In this document: piece by piece, positions 36,581 through 45,582 of the stretch
How the letters are laid out: every line of letters begins with the position of its first letter
Position numbering within the stretch: the first letter of the stretch is position 1
NCBI GenBank assembly: GCA_036228265.1
Contig: JAZAOF010000007.1
Location: 2,473-66,472, forward strand
DNA from: Myxococcota bacterium
GTDB lineage: Bacteria > Myxococcota_A > UBA9160 > UBA4427
Length of the DNA stretch: 64,000 bases
Direction: 5' to 3'
Made by a program: the position numbers and the translations under genes
Notes under the pieces: model-generated
Seen by the model: the letters and a program-made list of their open reading frames with translations, nothing else
The model's database searches: none
What the model was told of the DNA's origin: nothing

Positions 36581-37852
36581 GTGGCGGCACGCAAAAAGAC
36601 AGGGACGCGCAAGAAAGCTCGCGCTGCGAAGAAGGCGCCGAAGAAGAAGCCGGGGCGAAAGAAGGCCGCTTCCCGCAAGAGCACGACGCGGAAGAAGAAG
36701 GCCACTCGAAAGAAGGCGGCCAGTGCGACGGGGCGCCGCAAGGCGAAACCGAGCCGTCGAGATTCTCTCACGGTGAAACTGATCGACGATACGGCGAGTA
36801 CGGTCCATCGCTCCATCAACCGACTGGACAAACCCGATCTCGAATTTCCGATCCGTTCCCTCGGAAACGTGACCTACTCCCAGAAGAAGGGCTACTTCGA
36901 GATCGGAAAACAACGCAAAACACGGACCCTGACCGTCAACACCGTAAAGAGTTTTGCCCAGACCCTTCGGATGATGGGGCTTTCGAAGGAGCTGGTTGAA
37001 ACGACCGATTTCGCGACAAAACGAGACGCCTACTACCAGAGCAAGAACTGGGAAGAAGCCCGCTTCGACGATCAGAGCGAATCGGACGCAGTGATGGACG
37101 ATATCGAGGCGATGTTCTCGATGAACGGGGTGTCCCGGGAAGAACTGAGATTCGTTCCCGACGAACACGGCGGTGCCGTAGCGGGGAACCTCACCGTGAT
37201 CGACCGCGACCGGGGCACCGGGCGCGTCGAGCGAATCGACTGTACGCGTTTCGGATCGGGCGCGTATTCCATCCCATCATCCGTTGAACCCCTCTCCTTT
37301 GAGACCAAGGCGAAGTTCATTCTCGCCATCGAGACCGGGGGCGTCTTCCAGAGGCTTCAGAGTCATCGATTCTGGGAAAGCTCAAACTGCATCCTGGTGT
37401 CCCTGGCTGGGGTTCCCACGCGAGCCACCCGGCGCTTCATCCGAAAACTTTCCGACGAGTGCAAGATTCCCGTTTATGCCTTTGTAGACTGCGACCCCTA
37501 TGGAATCTCGAATATCTACCGGACACTCAAGGTAGGCTCCGGAAATGCGGCCCACCTCTCCCAGTTCTTCTGTGTTCCGCAGACCCGCTTTCTTGGCGTG
37601 ACGCCCCAGGACATCCTCGACTACGATCTCCCGACACATCCACTTCAAGAGGTGGACATCAAGCGAGCCAAGGATGCCCTCAAGAACGACCCCTTCTTCA
37701 AGACCCACAAGCCCTGGCGCAAGGCCCTCGAGCAACTTCTGAAGATGGGGGTTCGCGCCGAACAACAAGCCCTGGCGAAATGGGGTCTCAACTACGTCAT
37801 CGACGAGTACCTTCCGCGAAAGCTCGCGAACCGAAAGGCCTTCCTACCCTGA
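36581..37852 (+). CDS. top6A: DNA topoisomerase VI subunit A (Spo11 family) with a basic N-terminal extension
   Basis: Catalytic-Tyr segment 'TKRDAYYQS'. Toprim 'ILAIETGGVF' and 'AFVDCDPYGISI'. 'LGVTPQD' and 'VRAEQQAL' near the C-terminus. The first ~58 residues are Lys/Arg/Ala-rich. GTG lies 5 nt after GGAG and 12 nt after the top6B stop. Confidence 0.9.
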   Translation: MAARKKTGTRKKARAAKKAPKKKPGRKKAASRKSTTRKKKATRKKAASATGRRKAKPSRRDSLTVKLIDDTASTVHRSINRLDKPDLEFPIRSLGNVTYSQKKGYFEIGKQRKTRTLTVNTVKSFAQTLRMMGLSKELVETTDFATKRDAYYQSKNWEEARFDDQSESDAVMDDIEAMFSMNGVSREELRFVPDEHGGAVAGNLTVIDRDRGTGRVERIDCTRFGSGAYSIPSSVEPLSFETKAKFILAIETGGVFQRLQSHRFWESSNCILVSLAGVPTRATRRFIRKLSDECKIPVYAFVDCDPYGISNIYRTLKVGSGNAAHLSQFFCVPQTRFLGVTPQDILDYDLPTHPLQEVDIKRAKDALKNDPFFKTHKPWRKALEQLLKMGVRAEQQALAKWGLNYVIDEYLPRKLANRKAFLP

Positions 37853-39103
37853 AACCGGTCCGCCGGGCTGTACGCCTTCTGCATCGGCCGACACCCATTC
37901 ACGGCGATGTCTCAGCAAGACGCTTCCAAAGCCCAGGGTCGACACGGCGACGGCGACCCCCCCCCACTGCATGGCGAAGGCCTCACCCACCGAATCCGCG
38001 AGCGCGCCCGCAGCCAATCCGCCAAAAGGGAAAAGTCCCAGGAAGAGCGCCGTGTGAAAAGACATCACCCGGCCCCGCAGATCGTCCGGAACCTTCAATT
38101 GCACCAGGGTGTTGGTGGCTGCCATCATGAACATGAAGCCGGCTCCAACGATCGAAAGCGCGAATAGCGCCGGAAGCAGTGTCGTCGATCGCGACAGCGC
38201 GAACAGTCCGGCGGCGAAGAGCAAACCGGATCCGACGAGCCAGGCGTCGAGTCCCTTCGCCTCCTTGCGGGCGGCCAGAACGAAAGCGCTCAAGATCGCA
38301 CCGATGCCCACGGATCCCGTCAGCACGCCGAAAATTTCCGGTCCGGCGCCCAGGACACGCGAGGCGAACGAGGGAAGAAGCACGGTGTAGGGCATTCCGG
38401 CCACGGAAGCGACAGCGAGCCCGCCCAGAAGTGCCCAGAGAATCGGTTCCGTGAAGACGTAGCGAACGGCCGCGCCGACTTCGGAGACAAGCGACGATCC
38501 CCGCGTGCTCGAGGTGGGTCGAGGCGAAACGCGAATCGCCAGGAGCAATCCAACCACCGGCACCAGCAGCACTGCATTGGCTGCAAAGCACGCCGCCTCT
38601 CCGACGGTCGCGATCAGTCCCCCCCCAAGAGCAGGGCCGACCAGGCGCGCAATGTTGAAGACGATCGAATTCAATCCAATCGCGTTCGGAATCTCTTCTC
38701 GATCGACGAGTTCGGGAACGAAAGCCTGCCTCGTTGGAATCTCGAAGGCGCGGGCAACCCCCGCCACGAGTGAGAGCGCAAACAGGGACACGGCCGAAAT
38801 CATGTCGGTCAGAACAAGACCCGCGAGAACCAGGGACGGTACGACGGAGGCGGCCTGCGCCAAAACCAGGATGAATCTGCGCGAATGGCGATCCGCCAGG
38901 GCACCCGCCAACGGACCCACCAGGAGCCCCGGACCCTGCTGGGCGATGGCGACCCAGGCCACGGCAAAGGCCTGGTCGGTCAATCGGTACATCAGCCAGG
39001 ACTGGGCCACCATCTGGATCCACATCCCCGTGAGAGAAAGGGCCTGTCCTGCGAAAAAGAGACGGTAGTTGCGGCGCCGGAGCGCACGGAAAACCCGGGG
39101 CAT
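37844..39103 (-). CDS. MFS transporter (EntS/MFS_3-like)
   Basis: 'FRALRRRNYRLFFAGQALSLTGMWIQ.VAQSWL', 'GALADR..RR' and 12 predicted TM segments. Confidence 0.85.
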   Translation of the reverse strand: MPRVFRALRRRNYRLFFAGQALSLTGMWIQMVAQSWLMYRLTDQAFAVAWVAIAQQGPGLLVGPLAGALADRHSRRFILVLAQAASVVPSLVLAGLVLTDMISAVSLFALSLVAGVARAFEIPTRQAFVPELVDREEIPNAIGLNSIVFNIARLVGPALGGGLIATVGEAACFAANAVLLVPVVGLLLAIRVSPRPTSSTRGSSLVSEVGAAVRYVFTEPILWALLGGLAVASVAGMPYTVLLPSFASRVLGAGPEIFGVLTGSVGIGAILSAFVLAARKEAKGLDAWLVGSGLLFAAGLFALSRSTTLLPALFALSIVGAGFMFMMAATNTLVQLKVPDDLRGRVMSFHTALFLGLFPFGGLAAGALADSVGEAFAMQWGGVAVAVSTLGFGSVLLRHRREWVSADAEGVQPGGPVSG

Positions 39104-39121
39104 CTGGCTCGCGGCCCGAAC

Positions 39122-39430
39122 TCAGGCGCGCAATTCCACGGCGCGGAAGCCATGGGACAGGGTGCGAGGGGTACGAGGGAGAGCCGGCTCGGCCCCCTGG
39201 CGGGCGAGCCGACCGATAAAAGCAGCCCCAGCGGGACCTCCACCAACGATGACGGCATGGGGCACGCCTCCATGATGCGCCAGGGTCGCGCTCCGCGCGA
39301 ACCCCTGTGGGGGACAAGATCGCAGGAACATCGGCATAGGCAGGGTCATCCATTTCTCGTCTCCGGACGCACGGAAGGCGTAGACGCAGGCGGCGTGGAC
39401 GAGGCGAAGACCGGGGACGAATGCGGGCAT
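39122..39430 (-). pseudogene. Possible remnant of an FAD-dependent oxidoreductase (GxGxxG dinucleotide-binding start only)
   Basis: The 102-codon ORF contains 'HAVIVGGGPAGAAFIGRLARQGAEP', normally the extreme N-terminus of a ~350-450-aa flavoprotein. Here it sits mid-ORF and a stop follows 23 codons later. Confidence 0.25.
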
Positions 39431-39507
39431 GGGGCACCTCGTGGGACGCGGGGCCGAAGATCGGATTCAGGAGGAGCGATCACGGAAGTTGAGCGTTTAC
39501 GCCGGTC

Positions 39508-39535
39508 CCGTCCCCCTCCGAAAGCAGGGGGACGG
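39508..39535 (-). terminator. GC-rich hairpin downstream of hyuA (possible terminator)
   Basis: Perfect 10-bp stem CCGTCCCCCT / AGGGGGACGG with loop CCGAAAGC, about 100 nt after the hyuA stop. No U-tract. Confidence 0.3.
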
Positions 39536-39637
39536 TGGTGACGTGGGGCGGCGACGATCCGGAAACCGTCGGGGGAATCCCAAGGTCGTTTCCGTCCCAC
39601 GTTTCTCCCGCCGTGAACGCCGCGCTACCCGGGCCGG

Positions 39638-41716
39638 TTATTCCTGGCGCTCGAGGACATAGTCGCCGGCGGCGTCGACCACCGCTCGCCAGCCGGGGTA
39701 GACCACGATGTTCGTAAAGGTCTCTTCGATGATCGCCGGGGCTTCGATCCGATGACCCGGGGCGAGTTCCGCCCCGCGATAGACCGACGTCTCGGTAAAC
39801 CCCTGGCCCAGGTTGGCGCGTCGCCTCGAAAAGGCATCCGGCTCCCCGAGATCTTTCGCGCGTCCTCCATCGAAACCGGGAGTCTCCAGGTCGACCCAGG
39901 CCAACAGCCTCACCCCCGTGACCTCGGGCTCCTCCTGGAGACGAGCATGGCCGTACTCCTCCCGATGGCGCTCATGAAACGCATCCTGCATCGCACCGCG
40001 CAAGCTCTCGTCCACGAACGAATGGTCCGGCGCCCCGTCCACCCGGCCGGCCTCCACCGCCAATGCCCAGTTCTGTCCGGGGTAGCGAAGGTTCACCTGG
40101 TAGAGCCGCTTCCGCGCTACCCCGGGGTTCCCAGCCGCCCCCAGAAATCGCTCGGCACGCTCATCCAGTTCCCGCCAGAGCGTGCTCAAGCGACCCAGGT
40201 CCACGCTGCTGACGGGAGCAAGGTAGGAACGCTCCTCGTCAATGGAAGGCCGAGCCACCAGCGCACCCAATGCCGAAAACGTGGGCGAGGCCTTGGGGAC
40301 CAGGACCCGGGAGATCCCGAGTTCCTGGGCCTGGATGGCGGCGAACACGGGCCCGTTGCCCCCGTAGGCCAGCATCGAAAGGTCCGAAGGGTCCGTTCCC
40401 TTCTCCGCTGTCAAGCGGCGAACGGCCTGGGTCATATTTGCATTGACGACCCGCCAACAGTCGAACGCCGCCTGCTCTACGTCGTACCCCATGGGACCCG
40501 ACACGAAACGCTCGAAAGCCTCATCGACGCCCTTCCGCGTCAAGGAGAAACGGCCCCCCGCGAACTCCGACGTGTCGCTGAGGAGCCCCAGCACGAGATT
40601 CGCATCGGTGACCGTGGGCCGAGTCCCGCCCCGGCCGTAACAGATCGGGCCCGGGTCCGCGCCTGCGCTTTCCGGGCCGACGCGAAGTACGCCCCCATCC
40701 ACCTGGCAAATCGATCCTCCGCCCGCGCCCAGTGTTTCCACCGAGACCATGGGCAGACCCACCATGTATCGATGGTGCCAATTCCAGCCGGGTTCCGCGG
40801 GCGCCGCCCCTCCCCGCACCACCGACACATCGTAACTCGTCCCTCCCATGTCGACGCACAAGAGGTCGGGAGCCGACTTGGCCGAACCGACATGGGCTCC
40901 GCCGATGACACCGGCCGCAGGGCCCGAGGCCAGTACTCGAACCGGAGTCTCGCGGAGGTAGTCGCGCGTCATCACTCCGCCGCTTGACTGCATTACGAGG
41001 AGTTCCCGCTCGTATCCTGCTTCCCGAAGGCGCTCGATCAATCGATCGAGATAGCTCGTCACTCGAGGACCTACGTACGCGTTGACCACCGTCGTACTCG
41101 TCCGCTCAAACTCGGGAGCCTTCGGCATGATGCGGTGAGAAATCGACAGGTCTACTCCCGGAATTTCCTCTCGAACCCACTCGGCGAGTTTTTCCTCGTG
41201 GTCCGAGTTGACGAAGGAAAAAAGCGTCGCAATGGCAACGGACTCGACGCCCTGCTGACCCAGTCTTCGTATTGCAACACGAGCGGCTTCCTCGTTGAGA
41301 GGGGTTTCGACGGATCCGTCCGCCCGAAGCCTTTCGGGCACTGTCAAACGTCGACGCCGCGGAACGATCGCGAAGGGCGGCTCGAGTCTCACGTCCCAGA
41401 TGTCTTCCTTGTAGCCACGTCGCAACTCGAGTTCGTCGCGAAAGCCTTCCGTGGTCAGAAGCCCCGTGACTGCGCCATTCATTTCGATGAGGGTATTGTC
41501 GGCGACCGTCGTGCCGTGGATAATCGCATCCACGCCCCCAAGAAACGCGCCCAGCTCTTCGCCGCCGCGGGCCGCCAACTTTTCGAGACCCTCGAGAACA
41601 GCCAGCGATCGGTCGGCGGGCGTACTCAGAACTTTTTCGAGAATCCATTCTCCATCACGAACCAGCGCGAAATCCGTGAACGTTCCGCCGATATCGATCC
41701 CGATACGCAGGCTCAT
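39638..41716 (-). CDS. hyuA: Hydantoinase/oxoprolinase family, A (beta) subunit
   Basis: Starts 'MSLRIGIDIGGTFTDF'. 'CVDMGGTSYDVS' marks the second ATPase domain. ATGA overlap with the upstream hyuB stop. Confidence 0.9.
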   Translation of the reverse strand: MSLRIGIDIGGTFTDFALVRDGEWILEKVLSTPADRSLAVLEGLEKLAARGGEELGAFLGGVDAIIHGTTVADNTLIEMNGAVTGLLTTEGFRDELELRRGYKEDIWDVRLEPPFAIVPRRRRLTVPERLRADGSVETPLNEEAARVAIRRLGQQGVESVAIATLFSFVNSDHEEKLAEWVREEIPGVDLSISHRIMPKAPEFERTSTTVVNAYVGPRVTSYLDRLIERLREAGYERELLVMQSSGGVMTRDYLRETPVRVLASGPAAGVIGGAHVGSAKSAPDLLCVDMGGTSYDVSVVRGGAAPAEPGWNWHHRYMVGLPMVSVETLGAGGGSICQVDGGVLRVGPESAGADPGPICYGRGGTRPTVTDANLVLGLLSDTSEFAGGRFSLTRKGVDEAFERFVSGPMGYDVEQAAFDCWRVVNANMTQAVRRLTAEKGTDPSDLSMLAYGGNGPVFAAIQAQELGISRVLVPKASPTFSALGALVARPSIDEERSYLAPVSSVDLGRLSTLWRELDERAERFLGAAGNPGVARKRLYQVNLRYPGQNWALAVEAGRVDGAPDHSFVDESLRGAMQDAFHERHREEYGHARLQEEPEVTGVRLLAWVDLETPGFDGGRAKDLGEPDAFSRRRANLGQGFTETSVYRGAELAPGHRIEAPAIIEETFTNIVVYPGWRAVVDAAGDYVLERQE

Positions 41717-43533
41717 GATGAAACCGCGTTCTTCGAAGTGAGCTGCCCTCTCAGTTGCCGCGTTGCTTCGAGATCCACCTCGAGATCCAGCGCCTCCAGC
41801 GAGCCGCGAAAGACCACGCCATACCGATCGCGCGCTACTTCGATGCTTACGTATTCGTCGAGCACGTCTTCGAGAACCTGATCGGGCTCGCGACATAGGG
41901 GATCGCCAAAGCCTGCCCCGCCCCCGTATTGGTAGGCCAGGACCGCATCGGCCGGGAGTTGCGTGTTGACCGCGTTCTCCACTTCGTACTCGTCCGGGGT
42001 GCCGACGAGAAAACGATTTCCGTAGGGCGCCGCGTCATCCCCTCCCTGGAGTCCCCGCAGCGGATGCTTCTGGGAGACCATCCAGGCAACCGCAGTAACC
42101 GGTTCGAGAACCTGCTTCACATTCCGTGTCCCGGGTTGCCCCCGCCACTGGCCTGCGCCACCCGTGTCCGCGGTCAACTCGCGCGAAATATTGAAGACCG
42201 GAAAGCGGCTCTCTGCTTCCTCCGCCGTGGCCAGAATGAGGTTGCCGAGTCCGCTGCACATCGAACCCCAACCGTCGATCCCTGCCGTCGCTGAAGCATC
42301 CGAAGCCCGCACGTCCACGCCTTGATCCATCCACATGAGTCCCTGCTCATCGAATCCAACCACCGCATTCGGCATCCCCAACTTGTAGACCTGGGGGGAT
42401 GACCGCTGGGGAAGGATCCCCGAAAGGGCCACGCAGATGGCTTCGCCGACTTCCACGGCGGGATGAAAGGCGCCTAGAGCCGCCGGCTTGTTGGGCGGGG
42501 GCTGCAGGATCGAATTCTCGGGCACGATGATCTCAACGGCATTGAAAAGACCTTCGTTCTTCGGAATCGTGGGATCCACCATCGACGCCAGTTGGGCCAT
42601 GGCGTAACCGCGGGTATTCGAGAACGTATTCCAGACGCACACCAATTCAGGGCGATCGTCACTTCCGGTGAGATCGACCGTGAGGCTGTCGCCATCGACC
42701 CGACACTCCACGTGAACCCGTATGTCTTCATTCCCGACGGTGTCGTGATCGATGAATACTTCGCCGGCGTAGGAACCGTCCGGCCAGGTCGCGACTTCCT
42801 CTCGAAAACGGCGCTCGGTCTGGTCGATGTTGAAATTGATCGCGGCACGGACCACATCCGCGCCGTACTTCTGGACCAACTCGCCCATGGACGCGACGCC
42901 GCGCTGGGTCGCCGAAATCATGGCCGCGATATCTCCCGCGAAAGACGGAAGGCGGTTGTTCCGCGTGATCATTTCCAGGATATCCCGGCGAACCTCGCCC
43001 CGGTGAACCAATTTCAAGCAGGGAATGATCATCCCCTCGGCAAAGATCTCCATGGCGTCCACGGAGAACCCGCCGGGATCCTTCCCCCCGGTATCGCCCT
43101 GGTGAGCCTGCAAGGCCTGGATGGCCACGATCTCTCCGTCGCCGTCGAAGACCGGCGCGTAGACGTTGTAGTCCGGGAGATGGCCGCCACCCGCATCGGG
43201 ATCGTTTCCAACAAAAACGTCTCCCGGACCCCAGTCGTCCACCTCGCGGAATTCAAGCCCGTAGCGAACTGACATCGGCGAGATGAAAAGAAGTTGCGGA
43301 ATGCCCACCGAAATGCCCGCCAGTCGGCCATGGCCGTCGATGATGCTCGCGTTTCGCTCGTTCGACTGGTTGATGATGGCCGACGAAGCCGAGCGCCCGA
43401 GATGGGTCGCCACCTCGTAGCAGGTGGTCTCAAAGGCGCCCCGAACAATGCCCGCCGTCACCCCATCAATTTCGGCCGTAGAAGCGACGGGCGATCTTCT
43501 TTCGCTCAGCCTCTTGTTGCGTTCAAAGGACAT
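41713..43533 (-). CDS. hyuB: Hydantoinase B/oxoprolinase family, B (alpha) subunit
   Basis: 'INQSNERNASIIDG.GRL', 'GDVFVGNDPDAGGGHLPD' and 'GGAGFGDP..R.P..V..DV..EYVS...A...YGV' motifs. ATG 43533 follows GGGAGG. Confidence 0.9.
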   Translation of the reverse strand: MSFERNKRLSERRSPVASTAEIDGVTAGIVRGAFETTCYEVATHLGRSASSAIINQSNERNASIIDGHGRLAGISVGIPQLLFISPMSVRYGLEFREVDDWGPGDVFVGNDPDAGGGHLPDYNVYAPVFDGDGEIVAIQALQAHQGDTGGKDPGGFSVDAMEIFAEGMIIPCLKLVHRGEVRRDILEMITRNNRLPSFAGDIAAMISATQRGVASMGELVQKYGADVVRAAINFNIDQTERRFREEVATWPDGSYAGEVFIDHDTVGNEDIRVHVECRVDGDSLTVDLTGSDDRPELVCVWNTFSNTRGYAMAQLASMVDPTIPKNEGLFNAVEIIVPENSILQPPPNKPAALGAFHPAVEVGEAICVALSGILPQRSSPQVYKLGMPNAVVGFDEQGLMWMDQGVDVRASDASATAGIDGWGSMCSGLGNLILATAEEAESRFPVFNISRELTADTGGAGQWRGQPGTRNVKQVLEPVTAVAWMVSQKHPLRGLQGGDDAAPYGNRFLVGTPDEYEVENAVNTQLPADAVLAYQYGGGAGFGDPLCREPDQVLEDVLDEYVSIEVARDRYGVVFRGSLEALDLEVDLEATRQLRGQLTSKNAVSS

Positions 43534-43665
43534 CGCCAACCTCCCGGAGTGACAGCCCGCCTCGGGGCCAATCGCGCCCAGACACGTTACAGCGGACACG
43601 CCCCCGCAGACAACGCCCGCGGTTGCGACCCGGGGCATCGCTCGACGCGATGAAGGCGGACGGCC

Positions 43666-44862
43666 CTACACCAGCGGATCGACCTTCGGAAGCCCCGTCA
43701 TCGCGCGGGCATAGGCTTCGGCGCTCGCATCCCAATCGGCCACGATATGCCCCGAGAATGCCTGGATGTCGCGCAGAGCCCTCTGGAGGGGTTCCTCGTC
43801 GAATATCGCGTGCCCCCCGGCGGCGGGCTGCAAGCGAGCGACGGCGCCCGCGCAGGTCTGGATCGCCCAGCTCGCGTCGCGGCGATACCGAGCCCGTACT
43901 TCATAGCTCGCAGCGACGCCTGCCGCCGCGTTTGCGGTCATCTCGTCACAATCCCGTAGAACCAGGAGTTCCGCAGCGTCCACCTCGGCGGCCGAGGCCG
44001 AATAACGCAACTGCGCCGCCACCTGTTGATCGGCGCCCTTGAGAGTGGTGGCCCTCACCTTCGTGGCCAGGCGCTCCCGAAAGCATTCCAGCGCACCCTG
44101 GGCGATTCCGATCGCGACCCCGGTCAGTCCCAGGGTTGCCACCGACGACCCCGGTAGCCCACCCGAGCGCCGCCCGGTCTTTTCGCGATCTTCCTGGTGA
44201 CCCTCGGACTCCATCATCCCCCGGATCAGCCGCTCCTCGGGCACGAAGACGTCTTCCACAACGATCTTCTTGCTTCCCGTGCCGCGCATACCGAATACGT
44301 GCCAGTTGTCTTCCAGCGCGTAGTCGGATCGGGGCAGAAGGCAGTTCGCCACCCCGAGTGGGACCCCATCGGAGCACGCCTCGTCTTCCGCGCTTTTGAA
44401 TTCCAGGGCAGACAGCACAGCGTAATCCGAATGATCGCTGGTACTTGCAAAATCCCAATTTCCGCTCAGGCGGTAGCCACCTGCACTGGGCACCAATCGG
44501 CCCGACGGCATGAACACCCCGCAAATCACTGCGTCGGGGTTTTTCCCAAAAATCTCGGCCTGCACTTCGTGCGGATACTGCGAAGCAATGTGGCTGTGAA
44601 GCGTACAAATCGCGAGGCACCAACCGCTGCTTCCGCACGCCCGCGCGACTTCACGGGAGGTCTCGATGACTGTCGCAATTTCGAGTCCATACCCCCCGAA
44701 CTCGGGCGCGACGAACGCTCGCAAGAGCCCCTCGCGCTTGATGTCCTCGACCGTTTCGTCGGGAAGGCGACGCAAAAGCTCGCATTCCCGCGAACGCCTG
44801 GCCAGGATTGGCGCGAGCGTGCGGGCTTGCTCGACGAGTTCCGAACGTGTCACCTGGGCCAT
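43666..44862 (-). CDS. Acyl-CoA-dehydrogenase-fold flavin-dependent monooxygenase (HsaA/DszC-like group)
   Basis: 'LAPILARRSRECELLRRLPDETVEDIKREGLLRAFVAPEFGG', 'GYRLSGNWDFASTSDHSDY' and no C-terminal catalytic Glu context, as in the ACAD-type two-component oxygenases. Confidence 0.8.
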   Translation of the reverse strand: MAQVTRSELVEQARTLAPILARRSRECELLRRLPDETVEDIKREGLLRAFVAPEFGGYGLEIATVIETSREVARACGSSGWCLAICTLHSHIASQYPHEVQAEIFGKNPDAVICGVFMPSGRLVPSAGGYRLSGNWDFASTSDHSDYAVLSALEFKSAEDEACSDGVPLGVANCLLPRSDYALEDNWHVFGMRGTGSKKIVVEDVFVPEERLIRGMMESEGHQEDREKTGRRSGGLPGSSVATLGLTGVAIGIAQGALECFRERLATKVRATTLKGADQQVAAQLRYSASAAEVDAAELLVLRDCDEMTANAAAGVAASYEVRARYRRDASWAIQTCAGAVARLQPAAGGHAIFDEEPLQRALRDIQAFSGHIVADWDASAEAYARAMTGLPKVDPLV

Positions 44863-45060
44863 TCGCGGTCCTCGGTACGCAGAATTCAGTCCTCCAAATC
44901 TCTATGGTAGTCTAGCCCGATCACGCGTCCTGCGGAGATTTCATCGATGATCCGTTTCACGCCGGGCGTTTTCGATGCTCACCGGGGAGCGTTTTGGGGA
45001 AATCGAGAACTCACCGCCCCGGCATTCAAGAACGACTGACGCGGCCCCAGGAGAAATCGC

Positions 45061-45582
45061 GTGCATCGCTATCGCCTTGAACGGGACCAGTGGCTCGATC
45101 ATCCGCTGCCCCGGGTCTTCGACTTCTTTTCCCGGGCCGAAAATCTCGGGGCCATTACTCCCCCCTGGCTCCGATTCCGGTTTCGCACGCCACTCCCCGT
45201 CGAGATGGCCAGGGACGCCCGCATCGAATACACGCTCGCACTGGGCGGGGTGCCCCTTCGATGGCGCACGCGCATTACCGCCTGGGAACCGGAACGCCGC
45301 TTCGTCGACGTGCAGGAGAGTGGGCCCTATGCCCTCTGGGAGCACCATCATCTGTTCGAAGAAAAAAACGGCGGTGTCCTGATGCAGGATCGCGTCGACT
45401 ACGCGCTTCCCCTGGGCCCCCTGGGACGAGCCGTTCACTTCCTGGCGATTCGGGCCATGCTCTCCGCGATCTTCGACTACCGCTTCCAGTGCGTGCCGGC
45501 GCTGCTCGCCGACGCGGGGACGACCGCTCCAAGAGTGGCCAAAAGTAGGATGGACATGAGACCTCCTGGGGATGAACTCTAG
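45061..45582 (+). CDS. SRPBCC (START/Bet v1-like) family protein
   Basis: 'PLPRVFDFFSRAENLGAITPPWL.F', 'W.PERRFVD.Q..GPYALWEH.H.F' and 'LG.L...F......L..IFDYR' motifs. GTG start after AGGAGA. Confidence 0.8.
   Translation: MHRYRLERDQWLDHPLPRVFDFFSRAENLGAITPPWLRFRFRTPLPVEMARDARIEYTLALGGVPLRWRTRITAWEPERRFVDVQESGPYALWEHHHLFEEKNGGVLMQDRVDYALPLGPLGRAVHFLAIRAMLSAIFDYRFQCVPALLADAGTTAPRVAKSRMDMRPPGDEL

Noticed and set aside
37983-39437. 484-aa minus-strand ORF in an alternative frame over the MFS gene
   Set aside because: It is out of frame with the MFS transporter (12 TM, clear motifs). The translation is Arg/Pro/Gly-rich.
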